From: an uncultured Eubacteriales bacterium
GTDB taxonomy: Bacteria > Acidobacteriota > Aminicenantia > Aminicenantales > UBA4085
Direction: 5' to 3'
NCBI GenBank assembly: GCA_964537875.1
Contig: CAZIDN010000009.1
Span: 3,043-67,042, forward strand
Length of the DNA stretch: 64,000 bases
Made by a program: the position numbers and the translations under genes. Shown piece after piece: positions 11,701 through 19,666 of this stretch (position 1 is its first letter; the number at the start of each line of letters is the position of its first letter). Below the pieces are notes generated by a model. That model did not search any database and was not told where the DNA came from. It saw only the letters and a program-made list of their open reading frames with translations.

Positions 11701-12263
11701 AGGAATATGTAGGATAGGGTCAGAAGATAGATGATCGCTTGACTGCGGATCAAGGAGCCGATAAAGATCGGCAGCCCGATCATGAAGACAAGGGTCGGCA
11801 GGCTGAGGAGCCCGACGTAAAGAAGATATGAGGACCCGGCAAAAAGCGTGTGGGAAAAAAAGACGTGGATGATGAAGGTGATGAGAAGGACGACGAAATT
11901 CAAGACGGCGAACACGCCGAAGATGCCCAAAAATTTCCCCAGCATATATTGCCCGTTGGAAAAAGAATGGGCGAAAATCACTTCAGACGTATCCTGCTTC
12001 CGGTCGCGCTTCAGGAATTCCGTGGCCAGGAATACGGCCATGATCCCCTGAAAGACATTGAGGAGCTTGATGACGATCAGAGGAAAAGCCCCGGAAAGCG
12101 CCCGGCTGAAGTAGAAGCCCGAATAGGCGGGCAGGGCGATAGTGACCATGACCAGGATCAGGACGGCCACGGCTAATCCGGAAAAGATGCGGAATCCCCA
12201 AGAACGGAGAAGCAGTTTGGCTTCATACCGGGCGATGCTTGCGACAGTTTGTGTGGCGCTCAT
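8709..12263 (-). CDS. Large ABC-2-type permease fused to an M1-aminopeptidase-like ectodomain (no HExxH) and a C-terminal golvesin/xanthan-lyase-like beta domain
   Basis: About 7 N-terminal hydrophobic segments (IARYEAKLLLRS...KRDRK...QYMLGKFLG), a large soluble region, and a C-terminal GWTLIGNFRLAAGENLVELTD...ADAIKW. Lies directly after the ABC ATPase. Domain calls are by motif recognition. Confidence 0.72.
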   Translation of the reverse strand: MSATQTVASIARYEAKLLLRSWGFRIFSGLAVAVLILVMVTIALPAYSGFYFSRALSGAFPLIVIKLLNVFQGIMAVFLATEFLKRDRKQDTSEVIFAHSFSNGQYMLGKFLGIFGVFAVLNFVVLLITFIIHVFFSHTLFAGSSYLLYVGLLSLPTLVFMIGLPIFIGSLIRSQAIIYLLTLSYIFLSLIVIGPRYSFAFDSFAFYTPVMYSDFIGLGNLPQLVLLRGMYFFLGAGLILISALLMKRLRQSPGLNRILGILALLAVAAAAGLGYTYLHGVTTARDLRKAIKAESREVAEKPALTLLGCNIRLRHEGKTITATADLTLANNNDVALKTIYLSLNPGLRISELKGESGALPYRKNHHLVAVEAKELIPPGSEIRLSLSYSGTIDEGYCYLDIDDTKRDTPLKIWMVSVPKRYAVISPDFVHLTPECGWYPRPGLPESLLFPSLMKKDNSRFTLSVETPENLTAISQGIPTIENAGRKKTYVFQPETLLPQISLTLGRYEKKTVTVDGVQYSLLLLDGHDRFTPKLKEIAGDLPQLIKQIKDGYEVVLGLNYPYKQLSLVEIPIHITSYNRLWTMAQEHVQPQLVFLPEMGVLCAGAEFRAGLMAGLGGRAGAAGQRAMTARAGGQISPKDIQRVLFNRFIQSNLIATQPGLFGGQQRAPLGFLVETNSEAAFNIFPNFVAYASPLNIAEWPLFGYALESYLQERAGSPTLGPMRLGQGSNTLQNEINKFLMDHSLAEAIRLSGRENQPVIPILQQKGKALLILIRAKLGAADFDDRLIAFLKDRRFKPITRKSLEDFIAGLGRLDLDKTIASWYEQKGLPGFLFDDVQSYRVIDKEKTKFQIKFQVTNPTNQEGVIKVNLATMGGFGARGGGGMGGVMGVSASAPETRTVLVPAQTVKAVGIVLDQASAMTTIDTTMSRNLPGMFTLPFSNQQPKPGVKPFDGESARPYIPASPGAEGEYIVDNEDAGFKLADKGRENWLRSTVRRIFVPDQSEADYGTFGSLLNPPDHWEPLIIQNFFGRFVRSAFVKKSGQGVSKVAWTVHLDQAGEYSIYFYYEGIGAGMGRGGNVMALGRGGFAMGGAPPSGGQRGSGTTAGTQAAGRGFNVPRLQPGKKHFLIYHEGRVEEVIVDLRDVPAGWTLIGNFRLAAGENLVELTDKNEERFVLADAIKWVQQK

Positions 12264-12310
12264 TCCCAGGCTCCTCTATGACGAATTAAAATAGTAGTCT
12301 TTGGAGGCGA

Positions 12311-12504
12311 CTAATATCAACGCAATAAAATGACATCCCCGTATGGGCAGCGCATAGGCCGTCCTAAAGCCCCCGTAGCGGAGGGGGGCCCCGTCGGCTT
12401 TTCCGACGGGGGGAACCGACGGGACTGGTTCCCCCGGGCCCGGGGGCTAAGGGCGGCCTATGCGCCGCCCAGACATTGTCACTTTATTTATTACGTTTGT
12501 ATTA
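12311..12504. mobile_element. ~195-bp MITE/REP-like element, copy 1 (imperfect TIRs, internal IRs and hairpin core)
   Basis: Termini (C)TAATATCAACGCAATA and TATTACGTTTGTATTA; inner IR 12344-12374/12442-12471; homologous to 63557-63755. Confidence 0.75.
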
Positions 12505-13404
12505 ATGTTGGCCGTCTGCGGACTGCATGAAGTAAACATAGGCGTCCTCGAGGTTGGGTTCCACAGACTCCGCCGGGCCGTCGGCATAATTTTCCGCGAC
12601 GATGCGGAGCTCATAGCCGGCCTCCGAGGGAACCGCCGAGATCACTTGATACTTAGTCTTGAAAAAGTCCAGTTCCTGGGAGGTAATCGAGGCCTTCCAG
12701 ACCTTCCCCTGGACCTTGGCCGCCAATTCCGCCGGGGTGCCGTTGAAGACGAGGTTGCCTTCGTTCAACAGGGCAATCCGGGAGCAGGTGGAGGAGATAT
12801 CGCCCACGATGTGCGTAGAGAGAAGAATGACCTTTTCCTGCCGGGAAAGATCGGAGAGGAGATTGCGAAACCGAACCCGTTCCTCAGGGTCCAGGCCGAC
12901 TGTCGGCTCATCGATGATCATGATCTGGGGATCGCTGATCAGGGTCTGGGCGATTCCCAGCCGGCGCTTCATTCCTCCCGAGAGCTTGCTGGCTTTGCGG
13001 TCCCGCGCCTCATAGAGCCCGACGTCTTCGAGCGTTTTTTCAATCAGAGTATGCCGCCTTGACCTGGGGCGAATCCCCCTCAGGCAGCCCACGTAGTCCA
13101 GAAACTCCCAGACAGTCAGTCTGGCAAATGAGGTGAATTCCTGGGGCAGGTAACCTGTCAGCTGACGGATCTTCTTGCGGTCTTTCCCTAGATCCAGGCC
13201 GTTGATCAGGACCCGGCCGGCTGTGGGTTTGAGAAGAGTTACCAGGATTCGGATGAGGGTGGTCTTCCCGGCGCCATTGGGGCCGAGAAGACCGAACATT
13301 CCCTTTTCGATGTCCAGATTGACATCTTTGAGCGCGACGGTGTTTCCCGGATAGCGATGAGTCAAACCTCGGATTGTAATAGGGGATCTGCTTTCTTCAG
13401 GCAT
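12502..13404 (-). CDS. ABC transporter ATP-binding protein
   Basis: Walker A GPNGAGKTT, signature LSGGMKRR, Walker B IIDEPT, H-loop STHI. Confidence 0.97.
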   Translation of the reverse strand: MPEESRSPITIRGLTHRYPGNTVALKDVNLDIEKGMFGLLGPNGAGKTTLIRILVTLLKPTAGRVLINGLDLGKDRKKIRQLTGYLPQEFTSFARLTVWEFLDYVGCLRGIRPRSRRHTLIEKTLEDVGLYEARDRKASKLSGGMKRRLGIAQTLISDPQIMIIDEPTVGLDPEERVRFRNLLSDLSRQEKVILLSTHIVGDISSTCSRIALLNEGNLVFNGTPAELAAKVQGKVWKASITSQELDFFKTKYQVISAVPSEAGYELRIVAENYADGPAESVEPNLEDAYVYFMQSADGQH

Positions 13405-13854
13405 ATCTATCTCTCAACAATTTAAGATAATTGACAGCGGCTTCCATTGATCCTTTGGCTGCATTCATAATACTTGTTTTCCATCATCGTGGCTAGCCGC
13501 CATGACCGATGCAAATTTTTTGGATTCAACGGCCGGGTCTCTATGAAGAATTTTTTTCATCCCGACCTTCAGTTTGGGCTGTCCTTTGCTTCTTTCACCT
13601 CGTTATTTGGACGCAAAATCCGGATCTTTCTTCCCGTCTTCCTTTCTAACCCGGCGATTTGTATCTTTTTTCCATTAAACGATTCCCGGCCGACTAAACG
13701 CAAGGATGCCCCAAATTCAATCCCCCTGCGTCTTGAGGCTTTTTGCCGACAAGGATCCCTTGCCGGACGGCCCTTTTTCCTATATAATCTATAAAGTAAG
13801 TATATTCAGCCGAGAAAAACGAGGCTCCCCTCGACTAACGATGAAGGAGGCTCA

Positions 13855-15162
13855 ATGAAAGACGACCCTCGCCAACACTTTCTCAGCCGCCGCAATTTCA
13901 TGAAATGGACGGTCGGCGGCGCTTTTTCGACTTTGCTCATCCGATCCCCCCGTTTTTTCAGGACGGACGCCGCAGCCCAGAACTCCCTGTTCTCCGTGAG
14001 CGAAATCCCCGGAAATCCTTTTTACAGCCAACTGAGCCCGAACAACCACGCCGGAATCGACTGCCTGCTTTTCCTGATGGGAAACAACGGCCTCAAGTTT
14101 TACCGGTCCAACGTGACGGGGCCGGTCTCCGGGCCCCTCGGAATGATCGCCTCCAACGATGTGGTCTTGATCAAAGTCAACGCCCAGTGGAAATACAGGG
14201 GCGCCACCAACAGCGACCTCGTCCGCGGCCTCGTCCAGGCCATCGTCAGCCATCGGGACGGCTTCACCGGCGAGATCGTGATCTTTGAAAATGGCCAGGG
14301 ACGGGGCAGCCTCAACTGCGACACATCGGCCAGCTATTCGGACAACCTCGTCCATGCCAACGCCCTCAACGAAAGCCATTCTTTTCTTTACATGGTCGAT
14401 CATATTTTCAAAGACTCCCGGGTTTCGGCCTTCCTGCTCGATACGATCCGCGACAGGTTCATCAACCGTGATGACCATGTCACCAACGGCTATCGAATAT
14501 TGGAAAATGTCTCCTATCCCTGTTTTACCACGAGGCGCGGCACCCGTGTGGAGCTCCGGGAGGGCGTGTGGAACGGCAGCGGCTATGACCAGAACCTCAA
14601 GCTCATCAACATCCCTGTTCTCAAGACCCACGGCGGGTCCGAGATCACGGCTTCACTCAAGCATTTTTACGGCGTCCTGAGCATGAACGACGGGAACAGC
14701 GGATACCGCCATTACGCCGGGTTGGGAGAGACGTGCGGAAAGATGGTTGTTTCCGTCCGACCTCCGGTCCTGAACCTCATGGATGCGATCTGGGTGTCGC
14801 ATGAATCTCTCACGGGTTATCCGGCGAGCACCACCTTCAACGCCAACCGGATCGTCGCCAGCCAGGACCCGGTCGCCCTGGACTATTGGGCTGCCAAGAA
14901 CATCCTTTATCCGATCAACAAGAACTACAACCATCACCCCGACAATGCGACCATCCAAGACTGGCTATATGTGGCCCAAGGCTTTATCAACAACCGGGGC
15001 GGGCTCTATAGCCCTCAGAGCGGAATCCTGGTCGACAAAGTCAGTAAAAACGAATCGGAGATGGCCGTCTATTTCGACAGCGCCATAAGTTTCATCCAAA
15101 ACGGGCCGAACGCGATCCCCCGAGAGTTCAAGGATCGGGAGCGCCAGAGAAGAAGATTCTAG
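13855..15162 (+). CDS. DUF362 domain protein with twin-arginine signal
   Basis: SRRNFMK Tat motif; DVVLIKVN, NIPVLKTHG, ITASLKHFYG and DPVALD motifs typical of DUF362; GGAGG RBS. Confidence 0.85.
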   Translation: MKDDPRQHFLSRRNFMKWTVGGAFSTLLIRSPRFFRTDAAAQNSLFSVSEIPGNPFYSQLSPNNHAGIDCLLFLMGNNGLKFYRSNVTGPVSGPLGMIASNDVVLIKVNAQWKYRGATNSDLVRGLVQAIVSHRDGFTGEIVIFENGQGRGSLNCDTSASYSDNLVHANALNESHSFLYMVDHIFKDSRVSAFLLDTIRDRFINRDDHVTNGYRILENVSYPCFTTRRGTRVELREGVWNGSGYDQNLKLINIPVLKTHGGSEITASLKHFYGVLSMNDGNSGYRHYAGLGETCGKMVVSVRPPVLNLMDAIWVSHESLTGYPASTTFNANRIVASQDPVALDYWAAKNILYPINKNYNHHPDNATIQDWLYVAQGFINNRGGLYSPQSGILVDKVSKNESEMAVYFDSAISFIQNGPNAIPREFKDRERQRRRF

Positions 15163-16835
15163 CGGAAAAAGCGGCCGGCAATCTTCAACAGGCTCCTGAC
15201 AGAGGTCGTGCTTCGAACGTACGGCCAGGAGCGTAAAAGCCCGAGGGCGGCCTTGATTTTTTCCCGTTTGCGCTCGTGGTGGATGAGGACGGTGGCTTTT
15301 TCCATGATTTCCGGTTTGGGAGTTAAATAAGGAAACCACCAGAGTTGGGCTTTTTTTTTCTGGAAATCCTGACTGACGTACTTGATATTCATCAACTGAA
15401 GATGGCCGTAGCGACCGTGCGATCGCCCCATGCCGGTCTGCTTTGGGCCGCCCCAGATGGCCGTGGGCTCGGTGAAAGAAAACATGTGGTCATTGACCGT
15501 CACCGTGCCGACCTCGAGCCTGTCCGCCAGGGCGGCCGCCATTTTTTTATCCCGGGTCCAGACCGAGGCGGTCAGACCATAGTGGCTGTCGTTGGCCAGG
15601 GCTATGGCGTCCTCGACATCGGAAAAAGCCATAATGGGAAGAACCGGCCCGAATGTCTCCTCTGTCATGATCTTCATCGTATGATTGACATTGGTCAGGA
15701 CGGCCGGCCTGATAAAATAGCCGGGCAGGTCCTTGATCCTCTCCCCTCCAAATAGAACCCGGGCTCCTTTTTGCCTGGCATCCTGGATGTGTTCCTCGAC
15801 AAGCTCGAGCTGGCTGAGGACCGTCATCGGCCCCATGTCCACGCCGGGCTCGAGAGGATTGCCCACCTTGATTCGTGTGGTGAGCTCCAAGACTCTGGCC
15901 ACAAACGCTTCTTCGATGTCCTTGGCCACATAGACACGCTCGATGGAGGCGCAGCTCTGGCCGGAGTTCATGAAAGCGGCCCAGACGGCTCCTTGGGACG
16001 CCCTGTCCAGGTCGGCATCCTTGAGGACGATCATCGGGTCTTTTCCCCCGAGCTCCAGGACCGTGTTCGTCAGGTTCCGGCTGGCCAGTTCCATGATTCT
16101 TTTTCCGATGGCGACACTTCCCGTGAACATCACCGTCTGAACATCGGGATTCGTGATCATCTCTTCGGCTTGGGCGGCCCGGCAGTTGACGATATTCAAG
16201 ACTCCCGGCGGCAGGCCGGCTTCGATCAAAATCTGTCCGATCATCAAAGCGCAGAAAGGTGTAGAAGTCGACGGCCGGAGAATGACCGTGTTGCCGGCTG
16301 TGAGCGCGCTGACGACATCATAAATGGGAATCAAAAAGGGAAAATTCCAGGGCGAGATGATGAGCGTGACGCCGAGCGGCTGATAGTGGAAGGTGTTTTT
16401 CTTGTGGGCGAAAAAGGGGACCTGGGATTTTGCCTTCCTTGGCTCCAAAGATTTCTCGAGGAAGTGGGAATAATAATCCAGGACCGCCAGGCTCCCCATG
16501 ACATCGACGGCCATGGATTCGGCCAGCGGAGATCCCTTTTCCAGGGTCACCAGCCGGACCACCTCCCGGCTTCGACTCAGAAGAATTTTTTTAGCCCGGA
16601 TGAAGATCTTTTCTTTCTCTCGATGCGCCAAATTCCTCCACAGAGGGAACGCGTCTTTGGCTGCGCGAACAGCATCTCGGCATTGTTCGGAGGAGGCCAG
16701 GCATGCTTCCCCCAGCGGCTCCAGCGTCGCCGGGCTTTTCGAGACGATCTTTTCCTTGGCTTCAAGGCGTGCGTTTCCGATGATCAGCCGTCCGTCCATT
16801 GTTCTCACAATCTTCCTTTCAGCAATCTTCTCCAC
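15159..16835 (-). CDS. NAD(P)-dependent aldehyde dehydrogenase
   Basis: ISPWNFP, FTGSVAIG, LELGGKDP, GQSCAS (catalytic Cys) and EETFGP. The start is uncertain (GTG 16835 or ATG 16799). Confidence 0.95.
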   Translation of the reverse strand: MEKIAERKIVRTMDGRLIIGNARLEAKEKIVSKSPATLEPLGEACLASSEQCRDAVRAAKDAFPLWRNLAHREKEKIFIRAKKILLSRSREVVRLVTLEKGSPLAESMAVDVMGSLAVLDYYSHFLEKSLEPRKAKSQVPFFAHKKNTFHYQPLGVTLIISPWNFPFLIPIYDVVSALTAGNTVILRPSTSTPFCALMIGQILIEAGLPPGVLNIVNCRAAQAEEMITNPDVQTVMFTGSVAIGKRIMELASRNLTNTVLELGGKDPMIVLKDADLDRASQGAVWAAFMNSGQSCASIERVYVAKDIEEAFVARVLELTTRIKVGNPLEPGVDMGPMTVLSQLELVEEHIQDARQKGARVLFGGERIKDLPGYFIRPAVLTNVNHTMKIMTEETFGPVLPIMAFSDVEDAIALANDSHYGLTASVWTRDKKMAAALADRLEVGTVTVNDHMFSFTEPTAIWGGPKQTGMGRSHGRYGHLQLMNIKYVSQDFQKKKAQLWWFPYLTPKPEIMEKATVLIHHERKREKIKAALGLLRSWPYVRSTTSVRSLLKIAGRFFR

Positions 16836-17002
16836 TCAGCCATTCTTATCAGGCCTCCTTTTTTGCCCTCAAGTATATATTTTCATCTTCGCTGATTTCA
16901 ACTTTTAAAATCTCGATGTCTAGCTTATCTAAAATAGCTTGTGTTTGCCCGGCTGCGCCGCTTTCAATATAATCTTGATTTCATCGGGTTCAGGAGGTGA
17001 AC

Positions 17003-18349
17003 ATGGCCAGAACCATAAGATTCGGAATCTATGCCGCGGCAAGCCTTATGGTATGTATCATTCTAATCGCCCGGACGGCTCCGGCGCAGAAGAAAAGCTA
17101 TGACCTGTTCGAGACGCCCAAGCGCTGCGCCCAGTGCCACAAGGATATCTATATCCAGTGGAAGCAGGCCATGATGTCTCAGGCCTACACTCACCACTGG
17201 GATGAGATCGAATATTTCAAGCTGGCGCTTCCCCAGGCGGAAAAAGACCCCAAAGTGGCCGAGATCAAGGGCGGCTGCAACGGCTGCCACGCGCCCTCGG
17301 CCCTGTTCATCGGGGACGTTCCTCCCCAGCCTCCCTCGGCCAACACCCGGGCTAATGAATCCGTCTTCTGCGACGTCTGTCACACCATCTCCGGCTTCAA
17401 CGGTGATACGCCCTTCAATTTCAACTATATCCTGACTCCCGGAAAGACGAAGTTCGGCCCGCGCCAGGGTGTCGTCTCGCCGCATCACGACACCAAGTAC
17501 TCCGACTTCATCAAATCGCCGGACTACTGTGGCACCTGTCATAACGAAAAAAACCCTTTCGGCATCTGGGTCAAATCCACTCATCTGGAGTGGAAGGAAG
17601 GGCCTTATTCAAAACAGGGCGTGCGGTGCCAGGACTGCCATATGTGGCACGCTCCCGGGAAGAGCGCCGATATGGGCGAGCCCTTGCCGGATATGGCCAA
17701 CCATAATTTCCCCGGCGGGCATGTGATGGCCAAGCTGCGCGGCGCGATCGAGATAAAGGTTTATGCCGATGCCGAGGAACTTGTGCCGGGAGACAAGACA
17801 GTGATCAGTGTTCATCTCTACAACGCTAAGGCGGGACACAAGGTTCCGACGGGTTCGGCCGAGGAACGCCAGCTCTGGCTTGAAGTCAATGCCGTCGACG
17901 CAAAAGGCACCCGCTATGTGCTTCCCGTGGATAAAAAGGGATTCAAGGGCGAGGAATACACGATCACGTCCAATGTCCTCGCTTACCAGGACATGGGCGA
18001 TATGATGATGGGCATCCCGGATTTTAAAGGCGTCAAGAGGGATGACATCGAGGAAGGCCACCGCATATTCCGGCTTCCCTATTTTGATCCCAAGGGCCGG
18101 CTGACCATCGGCCAGTGGAACACGGCCTCGCTGGGCGCGGACTACCGGATCGGGCCGCGCGAGACAAAGATCGAGACCTACACCTGGACGCTTCCCCAGA
18201 CGCTGCCGGAGGGGAACCTGCGCATCGAGGCCAAGCTGCGGTATCGCCTGCTTGTCAAATCCGTGGCCGAATTCCTCAAGGTTCCGGCCGATGAATACGA
18301 GATCAAGGAAGTCAACGCGGCCGAAGCCGATGTCAAGATTGTCTATTAA
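17003..18349 (+). CDS. Exported pentaheme c-type cytochrome (cytochrome c554-like)
   Basis: Signal peptide and five CxxCH motifs (CAQCH, CNGCH, CDVCH, CGTCH, CQDCH). AGGAGG RBS before ATG 17003. Confidence 0.9.
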   Translation: MARTIRFGIYAAASLMVCIILIARTAPAQKKSYDLFETPKRCAQCHKDIYIQWKQAMMSQAYTHHWDEIEYFKLALPQAEKDPKVAEIKGGCNGCHAPSALFIGDVPPQPPSANTRANESVFCDVCHTISGFNGDTPFNFNYILTPGKTKFGPRQGVVSPHHDTKYSDFIKSPDYCGTCHNEKNPFGIWVKSTHLEWKEGPYSKQGVRCQDCHMWHAPGKSADMGEPLPDMANHNFPGGHVMAKLRGAIEIKVYADAEELVPGDKTVISVHLYNAKAGHKVPTGSAEERQLWLEVNAVDAKGTRYVLPVDKKGFKGEEYTITSNVLAYQDMGDMMMGIPDFKGVKRDDIEEGHRIFRLPYFDPKGRLTIGQWNTASLGADYRIGPRETKIETYTWTLPQTLPEGNLRIEAKLRYRLLVKSVAEFLKVPADEYEIKEVNAAEADVKIVY

Positions 18350-18469
18350 AAAATGTCATGGCGAAGGAAGCCTGGCCAGCTCAGAAATGGAAGAGATGGC
18401 CACGGCCTGAAGCGCCTGGTTTGGACAAAGATCGAGATAGATTTCGGAAATCCGTTTTAAGGAGCCGAT

Positions 18470-19612
18470 ATGAAAAAAATATGCGTCTTTTTTCTAGCTG
18501 TTTTTCTGCTGGCCCGGTTGGCCGCGGCCATTCCCGCCTTCGCCCGCAAATACGGATATTCCTGCGAAGTCTGCCATGCTCCTATTCCCCATCTCAAGGC
18601 GTTCGGCGAGGAATTCATGGATAACGGCTACCGCATCCCCGACAAAGAGCCGCCCCGGGCCACGATCGACACGGGCGATCCGATCCTGCTGCTCCAGCGG
18701 GAGCTTCCTCTCGCCTTTCGCTTCGACGGCTTTCTCGCCTACGAGCCCAAGTCGGACATCAAGCCAGACCTCAAATCGCCGTTCGTGATGAAGATCCTCA
18801 GCGGCGGCAATATCTCCAACTCGATTTCCTATTACGCCTACTTCCTGATGACCGAGGAGGGAAAAATCGCCGGACTTGAAGACACTTATCTAGCCTTCCG
18901 GAATGTTTTTGGGACACCGATCTCTGTCGTTTTCGGGCAGTACCGCGTTTCCGACCCGGTCAAGCCGTCCGAGATCCGGCTGACCTTCGAGGAATATAAG
19001 ATCTTTAAGTTTGCGATCGGGCAAAGCCAGATCAACCTTTCCTACGACCGGGGAATCCTGGGAAGCTATAGCACCAAGTTCGGGACGGACATCGTCCTTC
19101 AGGTCGTCAACGGCAACGGCATCGACACGCCGGACATCTTCGACAAGGACAAGTACAAAAGCTTCGTCTGGAGGATCGCCCAAAGCTTCAGAAAAAAGAA
19201 GGTCAAAATCGGCCTGCTCGGGTATCATGGCAAGGAAGAGGAGGGCGGGGCGACAAACACGGTGAACTATTTCGGCCCCGATATTCGGGTGCGCCTGCCC
19301 AAGGTGGAACTGATGTTCCAGTTTGTCCGAAGGTCGGACACCAACCCTTATTTTGCGGGCACCGAGGAAAAACACAACACGGACGCCTACCTGGGCGAGA
19401 TCATTCTCAGCCCCTGGGGCGAAAAAGGCCGCTGGTTCTTTACGACGGCCTATAACCGGATTAAATCCGACTTCATAGGGCACGACTACCAGACGCTCAC
19501 GGTGAATGCCAGCTATCTCTTACGGCGCAATGTCAAGTGGATGAACGAGTACACCCGTGACCTGGAGGGCCGGAACCATCGCTGGCTGACCGGCTTTATC
19601 GTCGGGATATAA
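18470..19612 (+). CDS. Monoheme cytochrome c fused to an outer-membrane beta-barrel (Cyc2-like)
   Basis: Signal peptide, then IPAFARKYGYSCEVCHAPIPHL (PxFAR[QK][TY]-x3-CxxCH-x3-PxL). The remainder has alternating beta-strand character and ends HRWLTGFIVGI. Confidence 0.75.
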   Translation: MKKICVFFLAVFLLARLAAAIPAFARKYGYSCEVCHAPIPHLKAFGEEFMDNGYRIPDKEPPRATIDTGDPILLLQRELPLAFRFDGFLAYEPKSDIKPDLKSPFVMKILSGGNISNSISYYAYFLMTEEGKIAGLEDTYLAFRNVFGTPISVVFGQYRVSDPVKPSEIRLTFEEYKIFKFAIGQSQINLSYDRGILGSYSTKFGTDIVLQVVNGNGIDTPDIFDKDKYKSFVWRIAQSFRKKKVKIGLLGYHGKEEEGGATNTVNYFGPDIRVRLPKVELMFQFVRRSDTNPYFAGTEEKHNTDAYLGEIILSPWGEKGRWFFTTAYNRIKSDFIGHDYQTLTVNASYLLRRNVKWMNEYTRDLEGRNHRWLTGFIVGI

Positions 19613-19666
19613 AAAATCGACGGGAAAAACAATCTATTTGAAGTAAAATACTGCGGCGGGAAGACC

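Noticed and set aside
10314-11717. 467-aa plus-strand ORF, and similar long antisense ORFs (15771-16895, 27013-28005, 57894-59429, 59305-60825)
   Set aside because: They are shadows of well-supported genes on the opposite strand in GC-rich DNA and have no recognisable motifs.
12311-12504. Calling the MITE-like elements autonomous IS elements or assigning them to IS630
   Set aside because: There is no transposase ORF. The TA ends are suggestive, but target-site duplication cannot be shown without an empty allele.
16807-16843. Short ATG-initiated ORF (MAEWRRLLKGRL) with a good RBS overlapping the ALDH start
   Set aside because: It could be a leader peptide or an N-terminal frameshift, but at 12 codons with no other support it cannot be told from chance.
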